DNA of 64,000 nt from Octopus sinensis (GCF_006345805.1 NC_043000.1:4154001-4218000); one strand, 5' to 3'; positions 23,801 to 36,929 are shown, numbered from the stretch's first letter. Notes: generated by a model not told the origin, from the letters alone. Translations and numbers: made by a program.

Positions 23801-25329
23801 CAATGAAGGCACATGGTTCAATGGTTAAAGGTTAAAGGCTCACAATTACGAAGTAGTAAGTTTGATTCCCAGACTGGGCTGTGTGATGTGTTCTTGAGCA
23901 AGACACTTTATTTTCATGCTGCTCCATTTCACTCAGCTCTAGAAATGAATTGAAGAGTCACTGGTGCCAAGCTGTCTTGGCCTTTGCCCTTCCCTTGGAT
24001 AACATCATTGGCATGGAGAGGGGCGGTTAGTATGCATGAGTGACTGCTGGTCTTCCCAGACTTGTGCCTCAGAGGAAAACTTTCTAGGTGCAATCTCATG
24101 GTCATTCATGACCGATGGGGGTCTTTACCCTTTACCCATCTTCCACCACCTGACATGCAATTTTCTTCCATCTATCAACCTCTACTATGTCTCACCACTC
24201 AAAATCAACACTATATACTTCATCCAGTTCTTTCTTCTCACTAGAGTCGATGTAATTAACTTAATCCCTTTGTCTGTCAACTTTGCATTTCATCCTGGGG
24301 GGGGGGGGGTCGATTAAATAAGTACCAGTTATGCACTGGGGTCAATGTAATCGACTTAATCCCTTTGTCTGTCCTTGTTTGTCTCCTCTATGTTTATCCC
24401 CCTGTGGGCAATAAAGAAAGAAATATTTGGTATGACATCTCCCTTTTTCTCTTTCTCTTTCTCTGGAAATTGCCCCCTTCCTTGCATTTTCACTCTTGCC
24501 TCCTCTTTGTTCTAAGTCTTTCTTGGCCACCCTTATTCATGGGTTCCAATAACTTGAGGTGCTCAGTACTTCCTTATGTGGCATCCATCCTCCATATGCA
24601 TGACATGCTCATACCAACACAGCCTCATCTCTTGCACACTACATCTCATTTCCCTAATACCCCAACAGAGCTAAAGCATGTACCCCACCTCAGTACTCAC
24701 CACCTGTGTTGGTGTCACAAAAATGCACCCAGTACACACTGCAAAGCGGTTGGCTAATGCACAGAGAAAGCACAGAGTTGTGAAGTCTCTTTAGTCCTGT
24801 CTCACTGAGGAATAACCAGCTTTTCAAGTGTTGGTACCATGAGAACATGCACCAAACACTCTTCTCCCTCAGAGATATCCCACAGCAGGGCAGAATCGTT
24901 AGCACACGGGGCAAAATGCTTAGTGGTATTTTGTCTGCCATCACGTTCTGAGTTCAAATTCCACCGAGGTCGACTTTGCCTTTCATTCTTTCAGGGTTGA
25001 TTAAATAAGTACCTATTTCTTTACTACCCACAGAGAGGATAAACAAGGACAGACAAACGGATTAAGTTGATTATATCGACCCCGGTGTGTAACTGGTACT
25101 TATTTAATCGACCCCGAAAAGATGAAAGGCAAAGTTGACCTCGGCGGAATTTGAACTCAGAACGTAGCGGCAGACGAAATACCGCTAAGCATTTCGCCCG
25201 GCATTCTAACGATTCTGCCAGCTCGATTAAATAAATACCACTGGAGTCGATGTAATCGACTTATTCCCTTTGTCTGTCCTTGTTTGTCTCCTCTATGTTT
25301 ATCCTCACTGTGGGCAGTAAAGAAATAAA

Positions 25330-25920
25330 TATTTGGTATGACATCTCTCTTTTTCTCTTTCTCTTTTCCTCTCCCTCTTTTCTTGCATTTCCTCTCTCCT
25401 TTCCATCTATTTTTCTTCTCTTCCCACTCTACATCTCTGTTGTCTTTTTCTTTTGTCTACTTTCACTTTGCTATTCTCCCTGCTTCTCATTCTTCATCTC
25501 CTTTCTTTCACTCTACAATCACTTCTATAAGCCATCTGCATTTCTTTCTTTCTATCTTCACCTCATTTTTCCTTTACTCTGCTTCCTTCTCTTCCTCTGC
25601 CTTTCTCTCTATCCCTCCTTACCTGTTTTCTCTCCCTTCTTGGAACCACATGACCCTCCCATTTCTCCTTTCACTCTTCCTTTTCATGCTTGACCGCTGA
25701 CCTATTCATTCATGCTCTCTTGGGCTCTTGCCTTCCTATTTACTTTCAGCTCTTGGGGGTTTGTCTTATTTTATGCCTTTTTTGTTTTCTCTTTCTTCCT
25801 GTTTCTTCCATCTCTCCACTTTTCTGTCTATCTTTCTATCTCTTTACATTCCTTTATAAGTCCTCCATTACTTCTACACATGTCTTGTCTTAATACTTTC
25901 TCATAGCTGTAAGACCATTC
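25330..25920. repeat. Polypyrimidine (CT-rich) low-complexity tract
   Basis: Directly visible; source of the F/S/L-rich ORFs. Confidence 0.85.
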
Positions 25921-26174
25921 CTTTTCCATTATTATCTCATCTTATTCTGTTGTTTATCATTCCTCTGTTTTTTTTGCTCTCTTCTATGTTTGCTCATTTA
26001 CCCTCAACAGCTTTTTGCTGTTTACATCACCAAAATGATCAGTCTTATTGTTAAAGACAAGAAACTATGATTTTTGGATGATAACTGGTGAGGAAAGAGC
26101 ACTTCCATAACTTGTATGGGATTTCTCTGTGTGTTCCTTTGTCATCCAATGTAATTTTTTAATCTATATATTTA

Positions 26175-26239
<65 letters not shown>

Positions 26240-26546
26240 CTTTACTCTTTTCCTCTTTTACTTGTGTCAGTCATTTGACTGTGGCCATGCTGGAGCACCG
26301 CCTTTAGTCGAGCAAATCAACCCCAGGACTTATTCCTTGTAAGCCTAGTACTTATTCTATCGGTCTCTTTTGCTGAACCGCTAAGTTACAGAGACATAAA
26401 CACACCAGCATCGGTTGTCAAGCAATGTTGGGGGAACAAGCACAGACATACAAACATACACACACACACATACATACATACATGCATACATACATACATG
26501 CATACATGCATACATACATACATACATACATACATACATACATACA

Positions 26547-26582
<36 letters not shown>

Positions 26583-26644
26583 TATACATACATAGATCAT
26601 TAGCAACTGCACACATATTTTCTCTCCTTGTTTTTTCTGTGTCC

Positions 26645-26680
26645 CTTTCTGTAGAAGAGCGTAGGCTTGAAACGTAAAAG
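26645..26680 (+). ncRNA. Variant hammerhead (CUGUAGAA core, loop-less ACGU stem III)
   Basis: CTTT CTGTAGAA GAGC-GTAG-GCTT GAAAC GTA AAAG. Confidence 0.65.
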
Positions 26681-26846
26681 ACTTTTTCTATTCCTGAGCA
26701 TTATACTAATACATCTGTTTATTTTGTACACCACCTGTCTTCGTCTTTTGTTTTTTTCGTAAACTCTCACTATATATATATATATATACATATATACGAC
26801 AGGCTTCTTTCAGTTTCCATCTACTACATCCACTCACAAGGCTTTG

Positions 26847-27213
<367 letters not shown>

Positions 27214-28051
27214 TAGGGTGTCTGGGCTAAATTTGATGATTTTTATGTCTGCTCTTTTCAAGAAGAGCTTGATGAAGAGCATAATGATTAAAGTTGTAGT
27301 TGAGAAAAAGTTAGTTGACATGGAGGAGGGGAAACCATCTGAATATTGGAAAAGAGTTACCTGTATCATGAAGATTCACACCTGGTATCAAAATGCCAGC
27401 ACTATGACTCTTGCTCAATGTTCTGTGAGTGCTGAAAAGGGTGTAAGTTATCCCAAGCTGTAATGGTCTTTGGGTGCGTCTCCAGTGAAGGTTATGTCAT
27501 GTTGCTCCATATCTTTGAACAGGGCCTTCGGCTCAATTCAGACGACTATGTGAAGCTGCTGGGGTCTGTAGTCAATCCCTGGCTGGAGAAGGTTTCTACT
27601 GGAAGGCCATATGTGTGGCAGTAGAATTTGACTGCTTACCATAGCTCAGCTAAGAACCAGAAGTGGTTGTCGGAGAATTTTCTCAACTTCACCAACCCCA
27701 ATACCTGGCCTCCTAATTCCCTCAATTGTAATCCCATGGCTTACTATGTGTGGGACATAGCTGAAAAAGATATGAACCACTCTTCCTGCAACACCAAGGC
27801 CAAGCTGATAGCCAAATCAAGGAAGTGTTTGGAGATCTACCCAGGGACACAGTGAGGAATGCATGTGCCAGGTTCTGCAGCAGTCTTGAGACCATGGTGG
27901 AAGCCATGGAGTCTACTTTGAGTTAGGTGTCATCTCCCAGCCATAATCTAGTTGATACTTTTGATTTTGTAAAATACTTTTATTTTTGGATAGGAATATA
28001 GTGTATTTGTTTCCTTTTAAGCAAACTGACAAATTTAGCTCAAACACCCTG
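27214..28051 (+). mobile_element. Deleted Tc1/mariner element (maT/DD37D-like) with catalytic-domain remnant
   Basis: TIRs TAGGGTGTCTGGGCTAAATTT and AAATTTAGCTCAAACACCCTG with TA flanks. Translation VMVFGCVSSEG...NSDDY..L...VNPW...YVWQ*...H....QKWL...WPPNS..CNP..YYVW contains stops. Confidence 0.88.
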
Positions 28052-28174
28052 TATATATACACACATATATATCTGTATAGATATGTATATACACATAGTA
28101 TCTCTCCCTTCGGTCCGGCCTTTGCCACGATAGATCACTAGCCACTACACATTCTTTATTTTCTCTCCTTGTTT

Positions 28175-28210
28175 CTTTCTGTGGAAGATCATAGGCTTGA
28201 AACATTAAAG
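28175..28210 (+). ncRNA. Decayed copy of the CUGUNGAA variant hammerhead
   Basis: CTTT CTGTGGAA GATC-ATAG-GCTT GAAAC ATT AAAG, with stems II and III mutated. Confidence 0.5.
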
Positions 28211-28299
28211 ACTTTTTCACTTCCCAAGTGTTATACTAATACATCAGTTTGTTGTCTACACCACCTGTCTTCATCTTATGTTTTTTTGTGAATTCTCCC

Positions 28300-28338
<39 letters not shown>

Positions 28339-28371
28339 ATCAAAATAAGCAACAAGGATATCCAGAGGTAA

Positions 28372-28460
28372 TGCAGTATGATCATTTCATGCAACTCCAT
28401 GAAATGCAACTCCATGCAATCATTACATCAATTTAAAATGTAGAGCAATCTTCAGCTGCA
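28372..28460 (-). ncRNA. Type I hammerhead, AUA site, left arm of inverted pair
   Basis: Minus strand: TGCAG CTGAAGA TTGC..GCAT GAAAT-GATC-ATA CTGCA. Confidence 0.8.
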
Positions 28461-28576
28461 CAAAGACATAGAATTTAATTAAATTAAAACAGCTGTATAT
28501 ATCATTGCTATTATGGAAAAGTGTTGTAACACATATATATACATCTGTTCTAATTTAATTAAATTCTATGTCTTTG

Positions 28577-28663
28577 TGCAGCTGAAGATTGCTCTACATT
28601 TTAAATTGATGTAATGATTGCATTGTTCAATTAAATGGAGTTGCATGAAACGATCGTACTGCA
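28577..28663 (+). ncRNA. Type I hammerhead, GUA site, right arm of inverted pair
   Basis: TGCAG CTGAAGA TTGC..GCAT GAAAC-GATC-GTA CTGCA. Confidence 0.85.
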
Positions 28664-29402
28664 TTACCTCTGGATATCTTTGTTGCTTATTTTGATTTTA
28701 ATCGCCTTATTTTGAAATTGTATGGATAATACCGTACTAAATTCTGGTACCTCAACTTAAGTACCATATTCAACTGAAGCTATATATATACACACTCACA
28801 CACACATATGTATAAATATGTGTGTGTGTATACATATCGTTGCTGTTATGTTAAACTGTCCTATGTTCAAATTTGGCTCATTGCATTTTTCTCAATATTT
28901 AATTTTGCTTCCAATAGTCAGTTCTTTTGGTCGAACTCTCATATCCCCAGCTGCTTCAGATGGAAACTGTCAAAGTGTAGTACAACGGTTTAACATTTTT
29001 CAAAAGTGTAGTAAGTCCCCCATACGACATTTTTGCAAAAATATTTCTGACTGGAAATATCGTACAAGCATGGAGTTTACGATTTTATGCACTCCACAAA
29101 GAATCATTGTTGAGCTGAAACTTGCTAATGTGAAATGGAATGGTGAAACTTTTTTTCGTATCCTGAAAAAGCAACATTTTGGACTTACAACACTTTTCCA
29201 TAATAGCAATGATATATACATATACATACATACATATACACATGTATGTATGTATGTATGTATGTATGTATGTATGTATGTATGTGTGTATGTAAGTATG
29301 TATGTGTGTATGGATGTATGTATGTATGTGTGTATGGATGTATGTATGTATGTATGTATAAATGTATGTATGAATGTATACATGTATCTATCTATCTAAC
29401 TA

Positions 29403-29435
<33 letters not shown>

Positions 29436-29593
29436 GACTCTCTTTATTATATATGAATTTTTTATATTTGACTCTATTGAATATTATATATGAATTTTTT
29501 ATATTTGACTCTATTGAATATATGTCATAATTATGAACTATTACATCATACTCTTTAAACATATAGCATGAACTCTCTTTTTTATATATAATT

Positions 29594-29638
29594 TTTTTTG
29601 ATAAGGTTCGTCATTTCAAGAACCGAAACATGTTAAAT
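29594..29638 (+). ncRNA. Decayed hammerhead
   Basis: tttt TTGATAA GGTTC..GAACC GAAAC-AT-GTT AAAT. The core is mutated; stem II and the palindromic stem III are intact. Confidence 0.5.
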
Positions 29639-29738
29639 AAATAATGTATATATAAAAATAAAATTTGTCTAATATAGCAGCGTTTTCAAACTTCATTTTT
29701 TACAAATATATACCCACTCGTATACGAGCTAATCTTAT

Positions 29739-29774
<36 letters not shown>

Positions 29775-29885
29775 CATATATATATATACACACACACACA
29801 TATATACACACACACGTATACATATGCATATACGATACATATATATACATACACCTATACATATATATTCATACATATATGTATA

Positions 29886-29917
<32 letters not shown>

Positions 29918-30564
29918 CACACACAAAAATACACATATATAAACACATATATATATAATTGCACACATTCACAAACATATATAGTGCATACTGTTTATAT
30001 TGTATACATTGTGCATATGTATGTTCCGTGTGTATGTGAATAGTTACAGAACACACATTTTTAACATGCAATGACATCCAAAAAAAACAAAAAAAAAAGA
30101 AAATGTAACAATTTCAGTCTTTGCCTGAACTGTTACAGGAATCTTCTTTGTTATGTCTGAATTACCTCTCTGCTACTGATCACTGAAGCATGATACAGAA
30201 TTGGTACAAATTGCTTTTATTTCAATTGAAAGTTTACTCATGGAAGACAAGAATAACAATTTTAATTTAAACCTATTTGACAAGTGGGAAATCTCTTTCC
30301 TTCCAGCCTATAGGATGTGAACTCTTGTTATCTTATGTTGCTTCCAGAATATTTTCTGCTTCCTTAGCTTTAGAAATTCATAGAATATTCTCAATAGGCT
30401 CCTTCATATTTTCCAAGTTTATTCTGAGCTACTAAATAATTTTAAGGAGATAATTTTAGAAGTAAGCAAGCTAAACAATGAAAACAAAAACGGAAGAATG
30501 TGTGTATGTGTATGTGAATGTGAGTGTGTGCCTGTGTTTGTGCATTTATGTATATAAATGCATG

Positions 30565-30598
<34 letters not shown>

Positions 30599-30710
30599 TG
30601 TATGTATGTATGTATGTATGTATGTATGTACGTACGTTTGTATGTATGTTCGTATGTATGTATGTATGTACGTTTGTATGTATGTTCGTATGTATGCATG
30701 CATGTATGTA

Positions 30711-30751
<41 letters not shown>

Positions 30752-30856
30752 TGATAGAAATGGTAAGACAACAAAAGAAAGAAAGAGACCTCGATGTAAT
30801 GTAAATAGAGGAATTTATCTGTAAATGTAATATGTGACAATTATTCGGTAGCCATA

Positions 30857-30915
30857 ATAAAACTCTGAGTTTCGGATGCCGAGGTGGAAATCCACGCTGC
30901 CATCACTTCAGTTAT
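30857..30915 (-). ncRNA. Decayed hammerhead in a Penelope-like non-autonomous repeat (~30755-31200)
   Basis: Minus strand: ATAA CTGAAGT GATG..CATCC GAAAC-TCAGA-GTT TTAT. Confidence 0.55.
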
Positions 30916-31622
30916 CCAGCCATCGGAAACGCTTTATAATCTCACATGTACATATATATGTATGTATTTATATATATATGTATATATAAGTCTCGCTCTA
31001 TCATCTTTTTTCAACCTTCGCGCGTATTCGCGGTGCACCCACCCTGCCCACCCCCACCACCAATACCGGATATCTCTATATTTTTGCTCCATCTATACCG
31101 GATGTTGTTTCTCCCACCACCATTATAGGTGTCTACTCTTCGAACCCCCCTCCTCAATACGCTATTTCACCATGCATTACCCTCTTGATATCCTACGTTC
31201 TACTTGCCTAAGAACCTGTCATCATTTCTCTGAACCACCCCTCCCCACTGGTGCTCCCCCATATTTCTGCCCCCCCCCCCACATAAAAAAAGCACCATCT
31301 GAACGTGGCCGATGCCAGACCCCTCTGGCACCTGTGCAGGTGGCACGTAAAAAACACCCACTACACTCGCGGAGTGGTTGGCGTTAGGAAGGGCATCCAG
31401 CTGTAGAAACACTGCCAGACTAGACTGGAGCCTGGGGCAGTCCCTAGCTCCCCAGACCCCGGTCGAAACCGTCCAACCCGTGCTAGCGCGGAAAACGGAC
31501 GTTAAACGATGATGATGATGATGATGATGATGATATATATAAAATCTGCTTTTAATGAAATTATCTCCAATACTTCATGAGTGTAGCCTCACCCACTAAG
31601 ATGTTTGGAGAACTCACATGTA

Positions 31623-31713
31623 TTTTAGCTGATGAGTACGGGACACTTTTATCTGCTGCAATTTTTGCAACTTTTAATAAAGCCTGTCTTTGTATGAAAC
31701 AATTGTACTAAAA
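31623..31713 (+). ncRNA. Type I hammerhead ribozyme, intact
   Basis: TTTTAG CTGATGA GTAC..GTAT GAAAC-AATT-GTA CTAAAA, within a pLTR-like repeat (~31550-31860) homologous to 37300-37620. Confidence 0.9.
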
Positions 31714-32261
31714 ACTAATCCATTCTTGTTGCTTCTTTCTCGTTTATAATCACCCCACATTAGTGTATGGTTAACACCATATAGTTTTCTGGTGCATCTA
31801 AGTTAAGTACCGTATTCAAGTAAATTCATTAGAATTGACTTGAATCTTAATTGCTTTTTATAAAATATTATATATACAGATAATATAGTATTATATTTAG
31901 CACAAACACCCTGTACATACATACATGCATACATAAATATGTGTGGTGTGTGTGTGTGTGTGTGTGTGTGTTTGTGTGTGAAGGTGCATGGCTTTGTGGT
32001 TAGGGTGCTGCACTCATGATTGCAAGATCATGGGTTTAATTCCCAGAGCGGGTGTTGTGTTGTGTTCTTGAGTAAAGCACTTTATTTCATGTTGCTCTGC
32101 AATAACTTCAACATCTGACATGTGGCACCCATTGCATCTGTACAGGTAATGTCAATCTCATGGAGGGAGTGAGCTTATTTGATCACTATAAACAAATCAT
32201 CTGTTTAGTTGTTTGATAAGAAATTGTCAAAGCCTCATATGTTGTCTAACGACAGGAGAGC

Positions 32262-32344
<83 letters not shown>

Positions 32345-32350
32345 TGTGTG

Positions 32351-32635
32351 TTAGAAGAAATGAGGTACTCAGAAATCCGGATGGTTTTATATTTGCAGAT
32401 ATTTATTGGCATGTTACATGTTTTTATAAATCATATATCATATATCATATATTAGCGCTTTCATCCATTGTAGTGGAGTCTTCAAATTGAACTCAATTTG
32501 TTCAATTTGAAGACTCCACTAGAATGGACAAAAGCATTAATATATGATATATGATGATATAAAAACATGTAACATGCCAATAAATATCTGCAAATATAAA
32601 ACCATCCGGATTTCTGAGTACCTCATTTCTTCTAA
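32351..32635. repeat. Foldback with ~140-bp arms and a 7-nt loop
   Basis: ttagaagaaatgaggtactcagaaatccggatgg... mirrors ...ccatccggatttctgagtacctcatttcttctaa. Confidence 0.9.
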
Positions 32636-32871
32636 TATATAATACCTGTACATCATCTCCAAACCTTCTACAAGAAATCTAATGCGCTTGGCTTAGATTT
32701 CCCTTGGGGGCTGCCCAGATCGGAGCAATCTCAAGATTAATCAGCCGAAGTTGCGAAGATGATCCGGTTCTTGACTGATGATTGAGGGCTTCGAATGTCC
32801 CGTCCGTGTTTTTTGTGTCGTCTTCTAAATGTTTCCCGTTCTTGTCCCAGTTTGTATATTTTTTTACTTTT

Positions 32872-32957
<86 letters not shown>

Positions 32958-33464
32958 TGGCATCAGAACCAAAAGCTTCAAAGCCACCAGAAGAGAGGAA
33001 GAAATCAAATGACTGCAGAGAAAGATTTGACAAATTCAAACTCATTCTCCACCAACATTACCATACAGTCAATGCTATAGACTCTTCTATGGAAGAATTT
33101 GTCTACAGAGTCATCAACATTATCACCATAAAGGAAGTGTTCAGCAAAGAAGAAACTAAATTCTTGGATATGAGATAAAGCCACTGCTGCCAACAATATA
33201 TATATTATACTAAAGTGGCAAGCTGGCAGAGACATTAGCACATTGGGCGAAATGCTTAGCAGTATTTTGTCTGTCTTTATGTCCTGAGTTCAAATTCCGC
33301 TGAGGTCTTTGCCTTTCATCCTTTTGGGGTCGATAAATTAAGTACCAGTTGCATCCTGGAGTTGATCCAATATTTCGGGCCTTGTGCCTAGAGTAGAAAA
33401 GAATATATATACTATACTATACTATAATATAATATAATATAATATAATATAATATAATATAATA

Positions 33465-33599
<135 letters not shown>

Positions 33600-33664
33600 A
33601 TATATAATATACATGTATATAAAAATTATCCAAATTGTACAGTATTGTATATCCATCATAGCTG

Positions 33665-33747
33665 ATCTTACCAATCGGTTTCACACAAGGAATACAATGG
33701 AGTGTTAGATAACAACCTGATTATATTACCTTACACTCATTAGAGTT
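33665..33747 (-). ncRNA. Decayed hammerhead, same family as 61441-61523
   Basis: Minus strand: AACT CTAATGA GTGT..GTGT GAAAC-CGATTG-GTA AGAT. Confidence 0.5.
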
Positions 33748-33785
33748 AGCTGATATGGAAGGAATGTAGGAATCAGGATGTCCTC

Positions 33786-35130
33786 TGGTCCAACCTGATT
33801 TTCAGTTTGCATGGTTCAACCAAGATTGGAGGAAAATATTTTGCTGCTTTGGACAAATGTTTACCTAAATCTAATCGGTATCATGCTATTTTTAATCAGC
33901 ACACCTTGAAGGTCTCCTATACTAACTCTGCTAATTTAGAGCAGCTTATGCATTGCATAAACAATAGCAAAATGCAACAAAGGTTCAATAACCCAACTAC
34001 TGGATTTAGCAAACATACACATCCAAATCCTAACAAAGGAGATGTAAACTACAATGAGAAACACTAATTATGGCCAATTTGTAATAGGAGAAATACTTAT
34101 GATACAGCTAACACAGTAACAACATTGGGAAAGGAAGTGAAGACTGCCTTATATACAAATAAATTCTCATGCAGAGAAAAATCAAAATGTCCATTGATGA
34201 ATCTCTGTATGTGTACAAATCTTGTATATAAATGTACCATGCACACAAGAGGAGGGCCATATGTTTACATTGGGCAGATGAGCGATTCATTTAATAATTG
34301 TTATTGTAACCATGTCTCCAGCTTTAAAACAATGAATAAGAGATATTCAACATCTTTGGCTGATTTTGCGTGGTGACTAAAGAGGATAAAATGAAGTACA
34401 GTGTAACTTGGTCCAAAGTGAGGTACATGAAGCCTACATTATAATTTCCAGGATATGACGTCTGTGTTCTGAGGAGTCCTTATCTATTCTGTTCACTAAT
34501 GAGCAGATCATTAACAGAATTTCTGAAAGTCTCTTGAGATGCCTACATGCATATAAATGTACTTTCACACAATGCAGTGGGAATGAATTTTGAGTAACTG
34601 TTAACATAATTTACTTCAAGGTATGGATGAATTAAGCTTATTTTTAACCTTCACATTTTTATAAACACCAAGTTGCTATTTAACTGTTTTTGTGATCGTG
34701 AGTGCACTGAACCACATGTGTCCATATACTTACATTTTTGCAGATGCTTGCATGAGCAAGTGTACTTGCACCATGCAGCTTCCCTGAGGGCGTTTATGCA
34801 TCCTTATTTGTTAATGGTTATTTTTCTCACTGTATTGCATGTTCATTTCTTTTCTTTCCATCTGTGATTTGATTTTTGATTTTCTATATAAATGAAGATA
34901 TTTCCTCCATCTGGCTGCTTTTCTTTCTACAAAATGAGAAGTTACATTGTGGAACTGTTAGTTTAATGAGTTGTGTCAATTTATCACCCGACGAGACACA
35001 TCTGCACCACTGGATGCCCCCGAACCAGTTGTTGAGTGTCCTATTTGTGATGGATCAATGCCAGATGTGTCGAAACAATTGTTATGATTAATAATAAATT
35101 CTTGTGTATTTCATCTTACGTCTTTCATTT
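33786..35130 (+). mobile_element. Decayed Penelope-like retroelement: RT C-terminus, GIY-YIG endonuclease and 3' pLTR
   Basis: WSN...TKIGGKYF..LDK.LP.....IFNQHTLKVSY; CPL.NLC..TNLVYKC......YVYIGQ...F...Y.NH.SSF......TSLA.F.W.LK...KY...W; terminal LNR.SE....C.H. The pattern resembles Naiad-type PLEs. It has stops and frameshifts and a hammerhead in the 3' region. Confidence 0.85.
34983..35088 (+). ncRNA. Type I hammerhead (U4C variant) in the PLE 3' pLTR
   Basis: ATCAC CCGACGA GACACATCTG..CAGATGTGTC GAAAC-AATT-GTT ATGAT, with a perfect 10-bp stem II. Confidence 0.82.
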
Positions 35131-36574
35131 GCCATATATATAGATATATATGTATATATTTCTTTATTGCCCACAAGGGGATAAACATAGAGGGGACAAA
35201 CAAGGACAGACAAAGGGATTAAGTCGATTACATCGACCGATGTGCGTAACTGGTACTTTATTTATCGACTCCGAAAGGATGAAAGGCAAAGTTGACCTCA
35301 GCGGAATTTGAACTTAGAACGTAATGGCAGATGAAATACTGCTAAGCATTTCGCCCGTCATGCTAACGTTTCTGCAAGCTCGCTCCCTTATAGATATATA
35401 TGTATATATGTAATTAAATCAAGGATATAAATCCTCTTAAAGGGATGTCAGCATCCAAGTTCCCTGGTTTTATCCAGTGTATCAGTGAAAAACCAAAGAT
35501 GTTAGCTCCGCATTTATGGATCTGGATATTGATGGTTATTTTTCTCATACATACATCATCATCATCATCATCGTCATCATTTAGCGTCCGTTTTCCATGC
35601 TAGCATGGGTTGGACGGTTCAACTGGGGTCTGTGAAGCTGGAAGGCTTCATCAGGCCCAGTCAGATCTGGCAGTGTTTCTACAGCTGGATGCCCTTCCTA
35701 ATGCTAACCACTCCGAGAGTGTAGTGGGTGCTTTTTACGTGCCACCCGCACAGGTGCCAGACAGAGCTGGCAAACGGCCGCGAACGGATGGTGCTTTTAC
35801 ATGTCACCGGCACGGGGGCCAGGCGAGGCTGGCAATGGACACGAACGGATGGTGCTTTTACATGCCACCAACACGGGGGCTAGACAGAGCTGGCAAATAT
35901 TACTATATAAAGTGTATAAAGTATTTTTATACGCAGAGAGGAGACTCTTGACAGGACTTCTTACATGATAGAAAAGGCAGTTAAAACTCAAACCATGAAA
36001 AAAAAATTCATGAGTCACGCTAGTAATATATATTAACATACATATTTAGTGTGGTGTGGTCATCACTCTAGTAGTAGGTTTCTTTTACTACTAATCATAG
36101 TGTATAGTTGCCACTGTTACTAAATGTTAACACGATTACAAGATTTGGAATAACGAAAGAGCCATTCTTAAACTTCACATATAATTTCATGTAATTATAT
36201 ATGAATTACGAATTCAACAATAGGCCTCGTGTGAAGCTTTACATGAATATGTAAAGTTACATACAGTTTAGCCGTGTCATGTTCTGCAAGGAAAGAAATG
36301 TAATAGAAAATGTACAAAAGAATTTCATGCCACAATTGGTTCACTAGTAGCGTAAGGGTAATTTGTACATATGTCGTATGGCATAAAACGCTTGCGACAC
36401 ACAGTTGCTGCTGAAAGTCATTTCTTTAGCTTAGGCCACGTGTAGACAAACTTAGCTACTCTCTGTAATAACAATGCATTAAGGTCAAAGTTTGGTGAGG
36501 AAGAGAAGAGGAACAAATCGTGCTTGTCCAGTATATAGCCTCAAAGACTGCTGGCTCCTGGTGAATGAAAAAGC

Positions 36575-36653
36575 TTCCAGAACCTTCTACGACTCTGTAG
36601 TATTACTAAAAGTGACATAAATCTGCTATTCTTAGAAGTTTTCTAGAATGTTC
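36575..36653. promoter_or_regulatory. Pair of canonical heat-shock elements
   Basis: TTCcaGAAccTTC at 36575-36587 and TTCtaGAAtgTTC at 36641-36653, in a repeat-free stretch. Confidence 0.45.
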
Positions 36654-36728
36654 GCCAAGGGAGGTCACTGACTTCTGGTGAACCGTAAATAATGCAATGA
36701 CAGAATCTGTTTCAATTTACATCACACC

Positions 36729-36768
<40 letters not shown>

Positions 36769-36842
36769 TGTATAAATATATATATGTTTGTATATATACA
36801 TATATATAACCAAGAAAAAAGCAACAAGAATGGATTAGTAGT

Positions 36843-36929
36843 TTAGTACAATTGTTTCATACCAAGAACAATTTTATTTAAAGCTGCAAGTATTGCAGCA
36901 AATACAAATGTCCAGTATTCATCAGCTAA
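36843..36929 (-). ncRNA. Type I hammerhead, intact, left arm of inverted pLTR pair
   Basis: Minus strand: TTAG CTGATGA ATAC..GTAT GAAAC-AATT-GTA CTAA. Confidence 0.88.

Noticed and set aside
32762-32805. CTGATGA followed by GAA in a repeat
   Set aside because: No consistent stem I or stem III pairing could be drawn.
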